From: Chiloscyllium plagiosum
Taxonomy: Eukaryota
Reading direction: 5' to 3'
Length of the DNA stretch: 64,000 nucleotides
NCBI RefSeq assembly: GCF_004010195.1
Contig: NC_057719.1
Coordinates: 33,841,981-33,905,980 of the forward strand
The first letter of the stretch is position 1. Every line of letters begins with the position of its first letter. Both the position numbers and the translations under genes were made by a program. The notes under the pieces were generated by a model, which searched no databases, had not been told where the DNA came from, and saw only the letters and a list, made by a program, of their open reading frames with translations. This document shows, in pieces, positions 51,145 through 63,814 of the stretch.

Positions 51145-53010
51145 CAAAAGATGGAGTTTAATAAAGGTAGTTGTGAGGTGTTGCATTGTGGTAAGGCAAC
51201 CCAGGGCTGGACTTATACGGTTAATGTTAGCGCCCTGGGCAATGTTGCTGAACAAACAGACCTAGGCATGTCAGTGCAGAAGAGAGAGTGAGAGAAAGAA
51301 ACCCACTCTGCTAACTGACACAGCAGTGAACCCGCACAGTTACTGCCTTTGCTGTTTGAATTCATGGATCACTGGACATCGGAATGTGTCTGGGAAAATT
51401 AACAAACACTGAAATTCACAACTGGTCTTGGAGGAACCTATTTGGGAGCGGTCACAGCACAGAAACAGATAAGTGGATATTTTAAGCATGGCCTTACAGT
51501 AAGTCTGCAGTAGTGAGTAGAGTGGGTTCTTTCTTGATTATATGTTTTATCGAGACATGCCTCTTGATTAAACTTAAAATATAAGCCATAAGTACTAATT
51601 TAACCTGGAGCAGTGTTTTGTAGAGGAATAAGACAGTGCTATATTCTGGGTCTGTAGATTGAAAGAAGCAAAAATGGCCTTTAGTAGAGTGATATGCTCT
51701 TCTTGTCGGAAGTGGAAGTTTAGGGAGAGTTTACGGGTTACTGAGGATTATATCTGCAATAAATGCCATTGGTTGCAAATCTTATCAGATCAAATGGATT
51801 AGTTGGAGAGACAGTTAGAGGCAATGAGGAATTTTCAAGAACAAGGGGATGTGATGGATGGCAGTTATAGGAAGGGGGAAAAGTTACAAGTACAATCACA
51901 TAGATGGATTAACTCCAGGAAGGGTAAGAGAGGTTAGGCAGGTAGTGCAGGAGTTTTCTGTGGCTATTCCCATTTCAAACAAGTATGCTGTTTTGGAAAA
52001 TGTAGGGGGTGATGGATTCTCACGAACAGCCAAGTTTCTGGTATTGAGACTGGCTCTAATGAGGGGTACATCGGGTTCCAAGTTTTTCACACAACGGGTG
52101 GTATGTGAATGGAATGAGCTGCCATAGGAAGTGGTGGCAGCTAGTACAATTGCAACATTTAAAAGGCATCTGGATGGGTATATGAGTAGGAAGGGCTTGG
52201 AGGGATATGGGCTGAGTGCTAGCAGGTGGGACTAGATTGGATTAGGATATCTGGTCGGCATGGACAAGTTGGACCGAAGGGTCTGTTTCCGTGCAGTACA
52301 TCTCTATGACCCTATGCAGGTACATAGTTCCTTGAAAGTGGAGTCACAGGTAGACAGGCTGGTGAAAAAGGCATTTGACCCAGTTGCCTTAATTGGTCAG
52401 TGCATTGATTGAAGAAGGAGTTAGGATGTCATATTGTGAATGTACAGGATATTGGTAAGGCCACTTTGGAGTCACATGTATACTTCTGGTTGCTCTGCAA
52501 TAGGAATGATATTGTTAAACTTGAGAAGGTGCAGAAAAGATTTACAAGAATGTTGCTGGGACTGGAGTGATTGAGTTAGTGGGAGTGGCTGAATAGGCTG
52601 GGGCTATTTTCCCTGGAGCATCAAAGGCTGAGGTGTGACTTGTACAGGTTTATAAAATAATGAGGGGAATGGATAGGGTGAAAAGCCAAAGTCATTTTCC
52701 TCGGGTGTGGGAGTCCCAAACTGGAGGGCAAGGTTTAAGGTGAGAGGTCAAAGATTTAAAAAGGATAAGGGGTAACGCTTTCATGCAGAGGATGGTGCAT
52801 GTTTAGAATGAGCAGCCAGAGAAAGTGGTGGAGGCTGTTACAATTACAACATTTAAAGGGCATCTGGATGAGTATATGAATAGGAAGGGTTTAGAGGGTT
52901 ATGGACCAAATGCTGGCAAACGGGACTAGATCAGATTGGGATATCTGGTTGACACGGATGGATTGGACTAAAGGTCTGTTTCCATGCTGTATGACTCAAT
53001 GACTCTGTGA
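51145..53010 (+). mobile_element. CR1 3' portion split by a nested internally deleted CR1
   Basis: 51145-51270 continues at 52315 (gacctaggcatg|caggtacatagttccttgaaagtgg). Confidence 0.85.
51272..52314 (+). mobile_element. Internally deleted CR1: 5' UTR and ORF1 N-terminus fused to the 3' end
   Basis: ATG at 51674 gives MAFSRVICSSC...ICNKCHWLQ (CxxC...CxxC); IPISNKYAVL motif; jumps at about 52082 to FFTQRVV.EWNELP and the 3' UTR. Confidence 0.85.
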
Positions 53011-53234
53011 TCACACATTATTCAGTTCAGTATGAAACTAACTCATGGACTCAGAAATCATCGCAAAGATATTATGGTAGCCATCTTTGATCCAGTCACA
53101 AAGTCAATGAATCTTATTGATTGAAGCCATTTAGAGAAAGCTTCTACTCACAAATCCTTTAGACTGCATTCAGCTATGTTGGAAAAGAAATATGACTTTA
53201 TCAGCTGTGGAATAGATTAAAAGAGTAGGGAGAA

Positions 53235-53600
53235 AAAATACCAAAGAATTCCGATGCTGGAAATCAGAAACTAAAACAGAAATTGTGGAAAAACTCAACA
53301 GGTCTGGCAGCATCTGTGCAGAGAAAGCAAAGTTAATGTTTTGAGCCCAGCAGCCCTCAGTAGACCCCAGTGTGAGCAACAAATGCAGTAGACTAGATTG
53401 AGTGAAGTGCAGGTAAGTCATTGGAAGGTGTGTCTGGAGCCTTGGAAGATAAGGAAGGAGGTATTACATCTTCTGTGATTGCAAGGGAAAGTACCATGGG
53501 GTTAGAGGGAGATATTGGAAATGGAGGAGGAGTGGACAAAGGTGTCCCAGAGGGAACAGTCCCTTTGGAAGGCTACAGTGAGATGCCTCCAGCAGACACA
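53235..53600 (-). mobile_element. Penelope-like fragment (family C), decayed
   Basis: aaaacagaaattgtggaaaaactcaacaggtctggcagcatctgtg matches 38247-38300; followed by decayed coding sequence. Confidence 0.6.
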
Positions 53601-53609
53601 ATTCCTGTT

Positions 53610-54200
53610 TTTGTATAAGAGAATGGAAATTATGTTGGAGCTATACAAAACTTTGGCTAGGCCACAGCTGGAGTACTATGTGCAGTTCTGGTCAGCACAC
53701 TATAGAAAGGATGTGATTGCACTGGAGGGGATGTAGAGGAGGTCTGCCAGGATGTTACTGAGGTCAGAATATTTTATCAATAAAGAAAGGCTGGGTAAGC
53801 TTAGGTTGTTTTCTTTAGAGCAGAGAAGGTTGAGGGGGAAACTTGATAAGGCTAAGTGGGGCAGAGATAACGTGGATAGGAAGCAGCTGTTCCTCTCAGT
53901 TGAAGGGTCAAGAACAATAAGGCACACTTCTAAGGTGAAAGACAGAGATTTGAAGTGGGTTTGAGGGAAAATGTTTTCACCCAGAAGTTGGTCAAGCTCT
54001 GAAGGGTACTGCGTGTGAAAGTAGTTGGGATAGGTAACCTCACAATCTTGAAAAATACTTGGATGATCACTTGAAGTTTTAAAACATTCAATGCTATGGG
54101 CTTAACACAGGAAGTAGGACTAGTATAGGTTATAGCATATTTTTGGCAGTACAGACACAAGATGTGGAAAGGTCTTTTATGTAATGTATGATTTTGATTC
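53610..54200 (+). mobile_element. CR1-clade LINE 3' portion
   Basis: MLELYKTLARPQLEYYVQFWS; LFSLEQRRLRG. Confidence 0.88.
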
Positions 54201-54849
54201 AATGGTCTCTATAAAGATGCCACATTAGTAAAGGAAAACCATATTTTTCATTCAAGGCAGCAATTAGAACAGCAGGAACTTTAACAGCTTTCAGTTTTAG
54301 CACTAAACAACCATCTTTACAACAGAGCTTCAACTACAATTTTAATCAATAAAGAATGCAACAAGGCAACAAAATGAATGTAGTGCAAGAAAATCAAATT
54401 CCCAATAACTACCACCTGATCCAGATGCTAATGACAGACAAAGAAACTAACTTCCCATACATTTTTGCAATTCCATCAAATAAACATAACTGATCTAAAG
54501 GAAAATAGCAGAGAAAAATAAAGCTCACCAACTTGACCTGAAGTGTTTCGATAACATGTCATAAACTTTTCTGACCTATCTACCACACAGGTGAACCAAA
54601 ATTAAGATTTGGGGAGCAATGGAAGAAGTAAAGAATGAAAATACATTAGATGTCTTAACAAAGAAGACAAGGTTACACCACGCTGAGTTGGTGCATTGGA
54701 AATCGATCCACACCATCCCTATGGTTCTTCAAGATTTTTTAAGGTATGCAAAATTGCCCAAAAATCTGTTTCTAAACCGAGGTAGAGAGAAAGCATGAAC
54801 CAGGCTTCTGTACTTAACACGATTGACTATTTATGACAAAGAAATACAT

Positions 54850-55095
54850 TCTGGAGTTTGCACAATCTCCTCATGTCTGTGTGGGTCTTCAACTAAGTGC
54901 TCCGGTTTCCTGCCACAGTCCAAAGATCTGCAAATTAGGTGGATTGGCCATGCTAAATTATCTATAGTGTTTAGGGATGTGTGGGTTAGCTATGGGAAAT
55001 GCAGAGTTATAAGGATAGGAAAGGGGGATGTGTCTGGGTGGGTTGGTGTGGACTTGTTGGGCCAAATGGCCTGTTTCCACATGGTAAGGATTATA
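54850..55095 (+). mobile_element. Older HE1-related SINE, 5'-truncated
   Basis: ggagtttgcac...tgctccggtttcctgccacagtccaaagat...ggattggccatgctaaatt. Confidence 0.85.
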
Positions 55096-56424
55096 GGGAT
55101 TTTAGCTGCAGATGAACAATTATGAACTATTGCCATATAACCCTACTAGTTAAAACTCTCACCTACACATTACACACATAAGGAAAGAAAGTGACAGGAA
55201 AATGGTCATGGATGTGATGAGCAGAGGGAAAGACAATTCAGTAGTCCCTGTGTGCTGAGTTCATTAATATGGTCCTTTTGGTTTGTGGGATGTGTTGTTT
55301 CTTGATTCTCCGTTTCCAGATGCTTTCACTTGCAGAAGGTGTTCGGTTTGCACTTATGAAGTCTTCGGCTTATTGGTTAAGAATCACAGAATACAGCAAC
55401 TGCTGAGAGAAAAATAAATTGCCTTTCTTCAAGTTTGAGATGCTTTTGACTACAGAGCATAAACAACTTCTTCCCTTCCAGAGGTCTTATGGTTTTTGCC
55501 CAAACATTCATACTCCTAAGCTGCTCAGCCAACTGGAACCCAATCGCATAGTTGTTGGTAAGTAAGAGGTCTTTGTCAGTGATAACTGGTCCATAGATCA
55601 AGTTGACTTGTAGCCATCCAAATCTCCATTCATCTGCAGCCCCCTGGCCCGTGTATCTGTTATAAGGCTTCGGCTTCGGCTTCTGCTTCTGCTTGAACAA
55701 ACAGCTGCAAAAACAGCACTTACGATGTTTGTCAGCTTATTTACTTTTAAAAAGTAAATCCTTCAACAATCCTTGCCTTTGAAACCGGTTACTTTCCTAT
55801 TTCAGTCCAGAATCAAAAATTCTGAAAAATAAAATGATACAGCCTTTTCATTTTCTAAGTAACTCTCTTGGAAATCCACATCAATGTTTATGATAAAAGA
55901 GAAACAATTTGGGAAGTGTGCTGTGTAAGGGCTTTAGGATTTTTGGGCAGCCTTGCAGTGATGCTCACTTTGGGCATTAACAAAACAATGTTGACCGAGA
56001 TGGTTAGTTAATTAGTAAATGAAAGATCGGTGGAATTCAGAGACTGTACTCTTAATAATGCAAGATTAGAGCCTGGTAAATTTCAGATTACCATATACAT
56101 GTATCTAGCATGAACACAATATAAAGACTTCTAAAGTAGCTGGACATTAGTCTCGACATAGATTTTGACCTTGTCTTCTCTTCAACGAGTGTGTCTTGAA
56201 GGTAAACTCATGGATATGGACATAGAACTGCAGAACAAAATAAAAGTCACTTTAACAAATATAAAGTTTGCAATAGCCCAGCTTGAAACTTCTGCGTCAA
56301 CGTGACTCATATTTCCACAACATTGAATTGCTAGCTTTAGTTTGGATCTAGATCTTGAGTGAGGACTCAGTTCCAGGAGAGGGAAGTGCCAACTGGGTGA
56401 GTCAGGGAACTGGTGACGCTGAAA

Positions 56425-56610
56425 TTTGGAGATAAGTGAGCGTAGAGAGGCACCAGTTTGGAGATTGGAGTTGGGAGAGGTTCTAAATCAGAGTTTGGAG
56501 TGGGGAAAGATTCCAGCACAGAGGCTGGAGTTAACAGGGGGGTCTAACATGGAGTTTGGAGTTGGGAGAGGTTCCAGTTGGAGGATGGGTCATAGAAAGA
56601 GTCTACAGCC
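56425..56610. repeat. Degenerate ~30-bp purine-rich minisatellite
   Basis: Units gag(a/t)ttggagttgggagaggttc.. at 56461, 56491, 56521, 56552 and 56581. Confidence 0.65.
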
Positions 56611-57436
56611 TGATGGTTGGGGATCTGCAAAGAACACAGTTAGAGGTCAGGGCATGGGTCCATTCAATGGCAAGAGGCTGTGACTTGGAAGTCATAGAGT
56701 GAGAGAGGCTATGACTCAGAGGTAAGGAAATGGGGAGAGGCAACAACTCAGAGATTGAAGAGTGGAGGATGCAGTAAAGAGTTCTGGGTGAAGTTCTTGA
56801 CATTTTTCTTTAGTTTTTCTAGGAATTGAATCTTGGTCAGATTTTCCCCTGGAATGTTGAATGTTTCACTTTACCTCTGGAAGAACTTTATAAGCAACAG
56901 GCAATGAGCCTTCAGGAGAATATAGGTCAGAATTTCCAGACAGTTGCTTCATGAGTTTTGTATATTTCAAGCTGCAAAATTTAAAGTTTTCTTTCTTTGA
57001 CCACAAAGCTGGTGATTCTACAGAATGCAGTTCTATTCCTGAGAAAATGGCACAGCTTATTTTTTAAGCAGCTTTTCTTGCCCCTCCACCATTTAGTATC
57101 CTGAAGAGAGCTGCTCAGTCAGAGATGCTTCTGCCCAATGCACCTCTGTGCATCTGTCATCTATGTGCAGACTGTTGACCAGGGGCTCCCCATTCATAAC
57201 TCTGTTCCTGTTTGCCTATTTACGGCAGGACTTGGCATATAGAGCCTGGTGGAAGCCTTAGCATGTCTTTGCTTAACATGGGACCTTAGAGAGCCAGCAT
57301 TGTCCTTGCAATCTTGACTAGTTGGCAGTCAGACATAAGTGACATGTTGAAACATAATTACCATTACGTTCTTCTTGTATTAGTGGCCAGTGAGATCTAC
57401 CCTTCTCCTCTTCGATTATTGAATACGTTTTTTTTA

Positions 57437-57638
57437 ACATTACATTACATTACAGTGTGGAAACAGGCCCTTCGGCCCAACAAGTCCACACCGATCCGCC
57501 GAAGCGCAACCCCCCCATACCCCTACATTTACCCCTATACCTAACACTACGGGCAATTTAGCATGGCCAATTCACCTGACCAGCACATCTTTGGACTGTG
57601 GGAGGAAACTGGAGCACCCGGAGGAAACCCACGCAGAC
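57437..57638 (-). mobile_element. HE1-type SINE, 5'-truncated
   Basis: (ACATT)n tail followed by the HE1 3' half. Confidence 0.92.
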
Positions 57639-59387
57639 CTCCCCCTGACTTTATCACCATGAATGACCTTACCAGGAGCAAGGAGCACCTGAAAGCAGTA
57701 CTCAAAGACTCATTTGAATGCACACGCCTCTCCATCACATCAAAATGGTGATCCACTACTGGAAGTAGAATTTCAAGAGGTTTATAAATTGACTTTTATG
57801 CTGCTTCCTGTGATGTTCAGGACCTTGGCCTTCAAGAGAGAGAGAAGGAATGTCAGTGAATATGCTATAATATGTTTGAAGGATGCACTGTCATAACTGA
57901 ATATCTGAAAGCTGAAAGAGTTGGATACCAGTATTGCTGCTGGATCAATGAAGGGGCCATGATACATTGAGCAACTTGAAAGGTAGGGAGATGGGTAGGA
58001 AATGTAATTTAAAGATTCATTTTCTGACCATGATGACCTGTGTGAGCTCATTGAACTTATTGTTAGCAATACAACCATGTCTTCTGAGCTAGACTGCAGA
58101 AATTGACTGTCACAGCTGCCTGCTTCTATTCCCTTTGGAAGATATGTCATGAAGGCTTCCTGACCCATACAGAACATCCTCCATCTCCACCTCTCAATCT
58201 CCTGCACAAGGTTTCCAGCATGACTTCCCAGATGATGGGAGCTGACCTTTTTGCCTGTTGCTCCTTTGGCAGCCTCCATCCTTCCCTCAAGCACTTTTAA
58301 ACACAATTTCCACAACTGAAACAACACGTGTGCAAAGCCCCTTTTATAAGAGATGGACTGGATTGAATAAGTGCCGGTTGACAATAACTTATGTCAGTCA
58401 TGCATATACCTGTACCCCTGCTGTATGTACAACCAGTAAACCGTGTGGTTCGGACTGGGCTGTATGCTACATTGAGATGAATATGTAGCTCAAAGATTGC
58501 ACGTTCCCTATCTCAACGTGATCTGGTGCAAGGTCATCTCACATTGAGACCTTCACAGCATCTGACTGGTTAAAGCAAATATTCAGCCCAAGATTACTGA
58601 TCATAAAAAGCACAAACATAGTCCATGACCAATTTACAGTGTTCTGAACATTTTTATTGAGATAAATAATATGGTGTTCCAATTTTATGTTTTATTCACT
58701 AAGTTAGTGAAGTTGATCTCACGACGTTTCAGCATTTATTTTTCTGCTTAGTTGAAACTTTTTCAAAATGAAATATCCTGATCACTGTCATTAATCCTGA
58801 TGTGCGTTTAATGCCTTTTCATTTTTGTTCCTTTCTGGTAGAAAAATCAAGAATTTAATTAAAATGATAATTATATGGGTCGCCTTTCTTATGTGCTTCT
58901 CAGTCATAATTTAAATGAATTAAAGATTTAAAATAAGCTGTAGAGGTCTAGAAATATAATTAGGAATTTGATGCTTCATCTCATATTGTATGATGAAATT
59001 CTGTACTCTTCAAAACAGAATGTTTGATCAAACTGTGTAATAACTATATAATCTTATTCCTTCCACTTTCTGAACCAACTGCTCGAGTTACACAATAAGT
59101 AACAACAATGTCACTTAAAACTTGTGTGGTAAATACGATTTGTTTTAATGAATACAAAAGAGAATGTGGAAGGTGGAACAGGTCAATGCAGTTGGAAAAC
59201 CAATACACCCTCATGAATTCTACTACCCAGTAATTCATGAGGTCATTTGGAGGATGATTAACCTGTTATAAAGTAAATTAATTTAAAACAAACCTCTGTT
59301 TTCACACAACTGATTGTGATTAAATTATCAGTTCATTGCTTCAAATTCAATACATACCCAACACCCCACAATGAAGAAATAAAGACC

Positions 59388-59481
59388 ATGTCAAAGAGTG
59401 TGGTGCTGGAAACGCACAGCTGGTTAGGCAGCATTTGAGGAGCAGGAGAATCGACATTTCGGACATAAGCCCTTCATTAGG
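59388..59481 (-). mobile_element. Short Penelope pseudo-LTR insert (family A)
   Basis: 10-bp flanking repeat AATAAAGACC at 59378-59387 and 59482-59491; decayed core. Confidence 0.8.
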
Positions 59482-61654
59482 AATAAAGACCGCATGCTTG
59501 ATTCATCTTTGGGGGGGGGGGGGAGTGGGCCGGGCATCAAAGTAGTGTTCACACGCAAATGGGTCATCTCAATCCTCACAACTCTCCCCAATGTCTATCT
59601 CAGATAAAAGTAGATCTCATGAATCAAGTTTTTTTTATCTTCTCTGACTCCACCCGATCATTCACATCTCTGACACACCTTCATAGATTAATAAGTACAA
59701 ATTGTTATAGATTTATAGACATTTGAGTTAAGGACATGAGTAATTTTACACAAGATTTGATTACCATTGTTGATATTTTTAAGTAAATTTGTGCTTCATT
59801 CTGAACTGTAGAATGTAATGTGACCTCAATAGACAAGTGACCCCAATAGACAAGATCATAAGACTGTGATTTTGCTTCAATTCTGATTTTAAAAAAGCCA
59901 TATCTTGAAAGGGGTTCTGAAGACTTTATTAATGGATGATCATATAATTAACTGAGCAGTGATCACACTGGCTTTCTGTATATACTGAACACAGATGTAC
60001 AATCCTCCCATATACATTATGGCTACTTAGAGGATAAAATGCTGACCAAAAAAATAAGTGGAAAAGATAAGACCATATTTATTAATGTTTACTAAGTGAG
60101 TTTGGAACAACAGATAAAAGATAAATTGAATTGGATGCAGTACAAATGTTGTAATTCTGTGGCAATCCCCAGTTGAGTATGTCTGGCAGCTCTTACTTGG
60201 CTGATACCAATGGGGAAGCAAATTACCACTTGATTTATTGCTTAAAACATACATAAGGTATCAAACCCCCACTTTGAGTTGAACTACAAAACCTTTATTT
60301 TTTTCCCAAAGTATTTCCTTTGTGACGCCATTGACCTTTCGAAATATGAAATACCGTGTGTGCTCTCTACCACATACTACTTACAAGGCTATAATCAGTT
60401 CACAGATCCTCTCTCTGCTAGCATTGCTAAAGCAAAGGTTTAAGGTGTGAGGTGCTGATAAATTGAATCCCTTTTTCTAACCAATCAGACAAAATATTTT
60501 GAACACATGTCCCAAAGCTAAATAAAGCCACTTCCATTTTCACACTGATAGTGTTAGTGTTTGAGTGAGTGCTTCAAATGACTGATAAAGAAGAAAATTA
60601 ATTGGTTTTGCTTCTGATTTAGTGATTTGGGATGCAATGTGTTGTGTTGTATTGTACCCAAGGAAGATTTGGTTCCATTTTTGAGGCAAAAAATTAACAA
60701 TCTTGCTGCCCAATTGGGTAACTGAAAGGTCAACGACAAGACCAGAACCAAGAAAACTAAAGCATTTTGTTCAACGGCAAGAAACAAAATGTTTATTCCC
60801 CAACTTATTGTTGTGAGATAATTTTGTGTCTGCAGGGTTCTGGTTTTCACACAGTAATTTGCTAATTTTTAGGTGATTCGAAACATCCCTAGATCCCTGG
60901 TTCTAGACGCTGTACTTATTTAGGGAATGTGAAAAGAAGAAGGCCATAAATAGGTGTTTCAGGGCTAAAGAATCTCTGCATTATTTTAAATACAAAAAGG
61001 TAAGTATCTACAAGAAATAAAAGTAAAAGCAACAAACAGTGAAATTAATACTATCAATTAAGAAGAGGTCGGTAATGAAATCTGAAATATTAAATTAAAT
61101 ACAGATTAAACAGCGGTTTTAATCACAGAAACTTTAATCAGGAATCCTAACCTTGGGGTCCCATGTGCTGTCACCACCCATTTTCCTATCCCAGCTAGCT
61201 AAGTCTTGGGAGTTTAAGCACACCACTGTGGAAAACGGGATTGCGAAATACAGCTGGCTGTTGAGGGTTTTCCTGTAGGTCCTCTTGTTTCAGAATAGGC
61301 CAGCGTCTAGAATCTGTTGTTCGGATAATGCTCAGTTGACTTCCCCCTTCTCAGATTTCCTTTGTTGCGATGATGCCCTTGCTGTAGCTTCCTGATTCAG
61401 TTTCTCTGTTCAGTCTCTGTGGTCCTTGGTTGTGAAGCTGCTTGTTGAGGCTGGAAGCATGTGGGGAAGCTGTTTGTGTAGAAGCTTGTTGTTGAAAAGG
61501 ATCTCTGCTCTGGTCAGATCAGGGCTAGCAGCTACACAGACTGTGTGCCCCATTATCTCCCCTCAAATCTGTGTTGTCCATTGTGTTTCTGGTGTTTTCT
61601 TCTGAAGTCAATTGTATTTCAGATGGTTAGAGTATGTGTGAATGGATTTTAATT

Positions 61655-61733
61655 AAACCTGTTGGACTATAACCTGGTGTTGTGTGATTTTTAACTTTGT
61701 ACACCCCAGTCCAACACCGGCATCTCCAAATCG
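61655..61733 (+). mobile_element. 79-bp Penelope 3'-terminal insert (family B)
   Basis: Reverse complement of about 14385-14465; exact 12-bp flanking repeat TGGATTTTAATT at 61643-61654 and 61734-61745. Confidence 0.85.
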
Positions 61734-62592
61734 TGGATTTTAATTGAGGTTGAATGTCCAGTATCTCTGTCGGCCTCATGTCTGTACCATGTAGCCAGAG
61801 GTGTAAAAGTTAGTTTCAGTTTAGGTTTGGTTAATTATTCTCTTAGAGTGGAGGTGTAAATTGGAGTTCCACGCTGAACAATAGTTCCAGACATAAATCA
61901 TTCTGTCCCTGCCTGTATTTGTTGCAGCCTGAGTTCAGGATTTTGTCCAGTGTTTTAGATATTAGAAAAGTCCAGTATTTTAGATGATGGGGATTTTTGC
62001 TCAATCCTACATGAGAATGAAAATATAGGCAGTCTTACTAGAAATTTGCAGGGTAGAATATGGAGATAACAGAATATGTATATGTATAATTCAGGGCTTT
62101 TTAACGATGGTAACCATGTGCTTTTCTGTTTATTGAGTAGCATTTTATTTTCAACATTGTTCCATTTGTGTGTGAGATCATGTGAAATGCATGGAATATA
62201 CAGAGCAGAAAAAAGTTGTTCAGTGCAACTTGACTGTTTTGTGATATACCACACCAGTCTCTTCTACCTGCTTCATCTTAGCCTTTCTGCTAAAAGGTAT
62301 GCTTACACTAGAAAGGGTGCAGAGGGGATTTGCAAGGATATTGCCCAGACTCAAAAATGTTAGTGGATAGGGTATATTTTTGGCTGCAATAGAGGAGACT
62401 GAGAACACAACTAATTGAACCTATAAAACTGAGGACTCCAGATAGAATAGATGGAAAAACTTCACCTTATCCTGTAACCAGGCAAATATTTATAAAATGA
62501 GGAGGTTTTAAGGCAAATTGAGTTAATTTCTTTCATCAAAGGGTTACAGCACTTACTGCCTGAAGGTGTGGTAGACACAGATTGTTCACAGT

Positions 62593-62810
62593 GGAAAGTG
62601 AGGACTGCAGATGCTGGAGATCAGAGCTGAAAAATGTGTTGCTGGAAAGGCACAGCAGGTCAGGCAGCATCCAAGGAGCAGGAGAATCGATGTTTCGGGC
62701 ATAAGCCCTTCTTCAGGACCTTAAGAAGGGCTTATGCCCGAAACGTCGATTCTCCTGCTCCTTGGATGCTGCCTGACCTGCTGTGCTTTTCCGGCAACAC
62801 ATTTTTCAGC
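62593..62810. mobile_element. Penelope-derived near-perfect palindrome (family A) inside a decayed CR1 3' fragment (about 62300-62985)
   Basis: 92-bp arms 62626-62717 and 62719-62810 with 4 mismatches; imperfect flanking repeat cacaga(t/a)tgttca. Confidence 0.9.
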
Positions 62811-62995
62811 ACAGAATGTTCAGTGCCTAATATGTACTGAGACAGGCAGCTGAAGTGCTGTAACCTTTAAAACTACTGAGTGGTAGCTGGAAAGTGGGGA
62901 TAGGCTGGATGGCTACCTATTGATCTACGCTGCCATGATGGTTGGAATGACCTCCTGCCATGCTGTAAATGGTTCCATGATTCAATGAATAAACA

Positions 62996-63300
62996 ATTAG
63001 ATTAGATTAGATTACTTACAGTGTGGAAACAGGCCCTTCAGCCCAACAAGTCCACACCGACCCGCCGAAGCGCAACCCACCCATACCCCCACATCTACCC
63101 CTTTAACCTAACACTACAGGCAATTTAGCATGGCCAATTCACCTGACCCACACATTTTTGCGACTGTGGGAGGAAACCGGAGCCCCCGGAGGAAACCCAT
63201 GCAGACACGGGGAGAATGTGCAAACTCCACACAGACAGTCGCCTGAGGCGGGAATTGAACCCGGGTCTCTGGCGCTGTGAGGCAGCAGTGCTAACCACTG
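62996..63300 (-). mobile_element. HE1-type SINE, near full length
   Basis: (AGATT)n tail, HE1 body, box B on the minus strand. Confidence 0.95.
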
Positions 63301-63814
63301 CCCACGGCAGGTTCAATCAATTGAAAGAAACCATGAAGTAATTTTCACAACATGTCAAAGCTGCTCAGATGCATGAACAACTATCATTTTTTTACTGGAG
63401 GCTTAAACTTGCATTTATTTTTCATCCTTCTATCTCTTGTGCTTTTGTCTGGTCTTCAAAGTTATTTTTATTTAAGATAGCATGCTTTGTTGTTATGTCT
63501 AAAAGAGGTATTTGATTTCATGAATGATTTTAAATAGGATTTTACTTGAGTGAGGAAAATGTATTGAAGATGATTCTAAATATAACTATCCTGCAACATG
63601 AGGAAATGCATGAATAGATAATCTATTTAAAAACATTCCATTGATTCAGATTTGTTCTTTTCCTCTATCAGATTTCTGATAGTCTAGAATAGCAGTGAAT
63701 CATGAAAAAAATTCCTTAACCACAAAATAAGCCAAATTAAATGAATGAATTTTGGGTGGCGGGGGGGTCCACTAATTGTAACATCATTTTGGACATATTT
63801 TAAAAATTCTTCAC

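Noticed and set aside
55377..55700. 107-aa minus-strand ORF in unique DNA preceded by an acceptor-like site
   Set aside because: Non-ATG start, the N-terminus comes from a (GAAGCA/GAAGCC)n microrepeat, and there is no recognisable domain; ORFs of this length are expected by chance in 64 kb.
57782..58384. 200-aa minus-strand ORF
   Set aside because: No recognisable motifs and no supporting splice structure; possibly the antisense frame of a decayed repeat, which I could not classify.
59209..59242. 11-bp inverted repeat CCTCATGAATT/AATTCATGAGG
   Set aside because: AT-rich and isolated, too short for a pre-miRNA, no other support.
59511..59523. Poly-G run
   Set aside because: Simple homopolymer, possibly with a sequencing length error.
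61240..61950. Possible decayed LINE ORF1 on the minus strand (KLTFTPL/FYTSGYMVQ-like segment)
   Set aside because: Too degraded to assign by eye; needs a repeat-library search.
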